In this document: one piece after another, positions 8,752 through 10,695 of the stretch | Position numbering within the stretch: the stretch's first letter is position 1 | How the letters are laid out: each line of letters opens with the position of its first letter | NCBI RefSeq assembly: GCF_006345805.1 | Contig: NW_021827343.1 | Span: 1 to 10,695 of the forward strand | DNA: 10,695 nt | Reading direction: 5' to 3' | DNA from: Octopus sinensis | Lineage: Eukaryota | Program-made: the position numbers and the translations under genes | Notes under the pieces: generated by a model | What the model was told of the DNA's origin: nothing | What the model saw: only the letters and a program-made list of their open reading frames with translations | The model's database searches: none

Positions 8752-8860
8752 CGGCTTTGTAGTTACATATACATATATATATATATATACACTTATACGA
8801 CGAACTGTCAAACAGTTTCCGCCTTCCAAACTCGATCTCTTCCGACCTCTATCTTCCGTT
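8752..8860 (-). promoter_or_regulatory. Candidate promoter / non-coding first exon ending in a perfect splice donor
   Basis: Minus strand reads ..AAAGCCG|GTAAGT (GT at 8751-8750). Three CGGAA (ETS-core) sites at 8817-8821, 8840-8844 and 8854-8858; 10 CpGs in 8733-8858. No downstream exon identified. Confidence 0.4.
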
Positions 8861-9022
8861 GTTATTGAATTCAAATTGGATGTTACAATAAATATTTTTG
8901 CTTAACACAGCCTGCATATTCTGCTATGTTGTGAAGTAATATGCTCATATTCCTGTAATGCAAACGCTTGTTTGTAATCTTTACTTTATGGTTCCATTTT
9001 GAAGTAAGTTTGATTAGATACC

Positions 9023-9073
9023 AACATAATAGCTATTTTATGTCATACGATAACATAAAATAGCTATTATGTT
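9023..9073. repeat. Perfect 21-bp inverted repeat, 9-nt loop
   Basis: aacataatagctattttatgt (9023-9043) / catacgata / acataaaatagctattatgtt (9053-9073). Confidence 0.95.
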
Positions 9074-9165
9074 ATTCTATTTTTATAGAATAGCATGTGC
9101 TGAATCCTAAAAGTACTGCAATACCAGGTCAACTCGTGGCATAGGCGGAGAAAGCCCCTCAAAAC

Positions 9166-9209
9166 TTTTCATACGATAATCGAGTTAAAATTCGATTATC
9201 GTATGAAAA
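9166..9209. repeat. Perfect 18-bp inverted repeat, 8-nt loop
   Basis: ttttcatacgataatcga (9166-9183) / gttaaaat / tcgattatcgtatgaaaa (9192-9209). Confidence 0.95.
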
Positions 9210-9281
9210 CATATACACATTTATATGTATTTATCTAGTATAAGTGACGCGATAGTTTTCAGGTGCTGGTACTTACAACTG

Positions 9282-9947
9282 ATTGTAAGGGACCTTATGT
9301 GTCAGGAATTTTTATTCGTGAATTTAATCTACAGACTATCCATTACATTATATTTAGAGAAAATTATTCACAGGGCCTAAATCGATCCATTGAAAACCTA
9401 CTGTCTGAACTCAAAGGCAGTACTGCCTGAACCCTACTGTCTGAACTCAAAGGATTCACGATCCATTGTAAGGGACCTTATGTGTCAGGAATTTTTACTC
9501 TTCAATTAATCTCTTAAGACTCCGCCGGTTACGACGACGGGTCCCAGTGATACGATCAACGGAACAGCTTGCTCGTGAAATTAACGTGCAAATGGGCTGA
9601 GCATTCCACAGGACACGTGTACCCTTAACGTAGTCTCGGGGGATAATCAAGCGGTGAGGACAGAGAGTGACAAGGCTGACCCTTTGAAATACAAGTACAA
9701 CTCATTTTGCCAGCTGAATGGACTGGAGGAACGTGAATTAAATAAAGTGTCTTGCTCAAGGACACAACGCGTCGCCGGGAGGAATAGAACTACAACCTTA
9801 CGATAATGAGCCGAATGCCCTAACACTAAGCCACGCGCCTCACCAATTTAATCTACAGACTATCCATTACATTATATTTAGCGAAATTTATTCTCAGGGC
9901 CGAAATCATCCATGGAAAACCCTACTATCTGACTAAAAGGATTCACG
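9282..9947. repeat. Tandem duplication (~147-bp core unit); copy 1 has an internal 36-bp expansion, copy 2 is split by a SINE
   Basis: attgtaagggaccttatgtgtcaggaattttta at 9282 and 9465; aatttaatctacagactatccattacattatatttag at 9321 and 9845; both copies end ..aaaggattcacg. Confidence 0.92.
9513..9843 (-). mobile_element. Full-length tRNA-derived SINE (third family) with ~10-11 bp TSD
   Basis: Minus strand: A box TGGCTTAGTG (complement of ~9824-9833), B-box-like AGTTCTATTCC (9781-9791), then gttgtgtccttgagcaagacac. Flanked by caattaatct (9503-9512) and caatttaatct (9844-9854). Confidence 0.88.
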
Positions 9948-10188
9948 TGGTTTAAATTTCTTGATACTCGAAGGGTTAAATTTTTCGAATCCAACAACGC
10001 ATATATGAGGAGTATTTTATTACTTTTTTTCTGGAGATTTGGTTACAATATGAGAGACTTCCGCAAAATGCTGCACTATTGGAAGGGATCCCAGTCATAT
10101 AGCCCCTTTCAATGTGTGTATGTGTGTATATACAATAGATATGTTTCAATTGGAAAACGAAACAAAAACTCTACAAATCTGGAAATAT

Positions 10189-10363
10189 TGGTTTCAAATT
10201 TTGGCAAAAGTCCAGCACTTCCAAAGAGCGGGTTGGAAATCGACTAGGTTGTCCGCTCTCCGAGAGGATAAAAAACAATGTCAACCTCTGTGGAATTTGA
10301 ACGCAGAGACGGAAGAAATGTAAGTATGCATTTTGCCCGGCGTGCTAAAAATACTGCCCTACA
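10189..10363 (-). mobile_element. Decayed SINE (family of 95-270) with probable 16-bp TSD
   Basis: ggtttcaaattttggc..ccgagaggataaa..ggaatttgaac..cattttgcccggcgtgctaa. Flanked by acaaatctggaaatat (10173-10188) and acaaatctgaaaatat (10364-10379), 15/16 identical. Confidence 0.8.
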
Positions 10364-10429
10364 ACAAATCTGAAAATATCAAAACTTGGAAATAGCATTT
10401 TGTCTCCATATGATAATTGTGTTCCTGTG

Positions 10430-10690
10430 ATAGATAATGGTGTTGATGGAATTCGTAGAGGTGACAGTGGTGGTGGTGGTGGTGGTGGTTGCGGTGGCAT
10501 TGCGAGTTTTGATGATAGTAATGGAGGAGGCGGTCTTACAATTTAGGATAGTGGTGACGTTTATAAGGCTTGTATAGTGGAAATAATGGCGGTGATGTCG
10601 AGGAAGAAGTTGATAACTATGTTGGTCTTGTGACGGTGATAGTAATGAAGAAGAAGAAGAAGAAAAAGGAGGAGGAGGAGGAGGAGAAGG
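10430..10690. repeat. Decayed (GGT)n/(GAT)n/(GAA)n/(GGA)n simple repeats
   Basis: Pure runs at ~10468-10488 and ~10648-10684 with degenerate triplets between; no long ORF. Confidence 0.8.
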
Positions 10691-10695
10691 AATTG

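Noticed and set aside
9141-9160. taggcggagaaagcccct resembles the 3' end of vertebrate U7 snRNA
   Set aside because: No U7-type Sm site or histone-downstream-element complement upstream, and only a 3-bp stem; coincidental.
9166-9239. Hairpin plus CTAG|T (9235-9239) as a second Helitron 3' end
   Set aside because: Hairpin is AT-rich and 25 nt from CTAG (vs 10 nt in the real element), and no matching 5'-TC terminus was found.
10005-10323. ORFs of 80 and 69 aa
   Set aside because: Overlap a microsatellite and a decayed SINE; no recognisable protein features.
10430-10695. Gly/Asp/Glu-rich reading as a possible coding exon
   Set aside because: Decayed triplet repeats with stops interrupting the frames; no ORF in the track.

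Overview
Eukaryotic, repeat-dense, AT-rich non-coding DNA, most likely from an octopus or related coleoid cephalopod. That assignment rests on recognising the tRNA-derived SINE families and the extreme microsatellite load; it was not checked by search. I find no intact host protein-coding gene: nearly all ORF-track entries are microsatellite or SINE artefacts. Supported content: (1) at least seven SINE copies or fragments; (2) a complete ~1.83 kb non-autonomous Helitron (4569-6394) whose ends are confirmed by reconstructing the empty site; (3) an internally deleted Tc1/mariner element of maT/DD37D type (6868-7730) with a transposase pseudogene; (4) a 165-bp foldback/MITE-like palindrome (8265-8429); (5) two perfect hairpins sharing an 11-mer (9023-9209); (6) a tandem duplication interrupted by a SINE with a target-site duplication (9282-9947); (7) two small CpG-rich islands with ETS/YY1-like motifs (~3020-3104 on +, ~8733-8858 on -), the second ending in a perfect splice donor and so a candidate promoter/first exon. 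I see no clear evidence of a wholly new biological system. The items most worth follow-up are the Helitron, the hairpin cluster and the candidate promoter.
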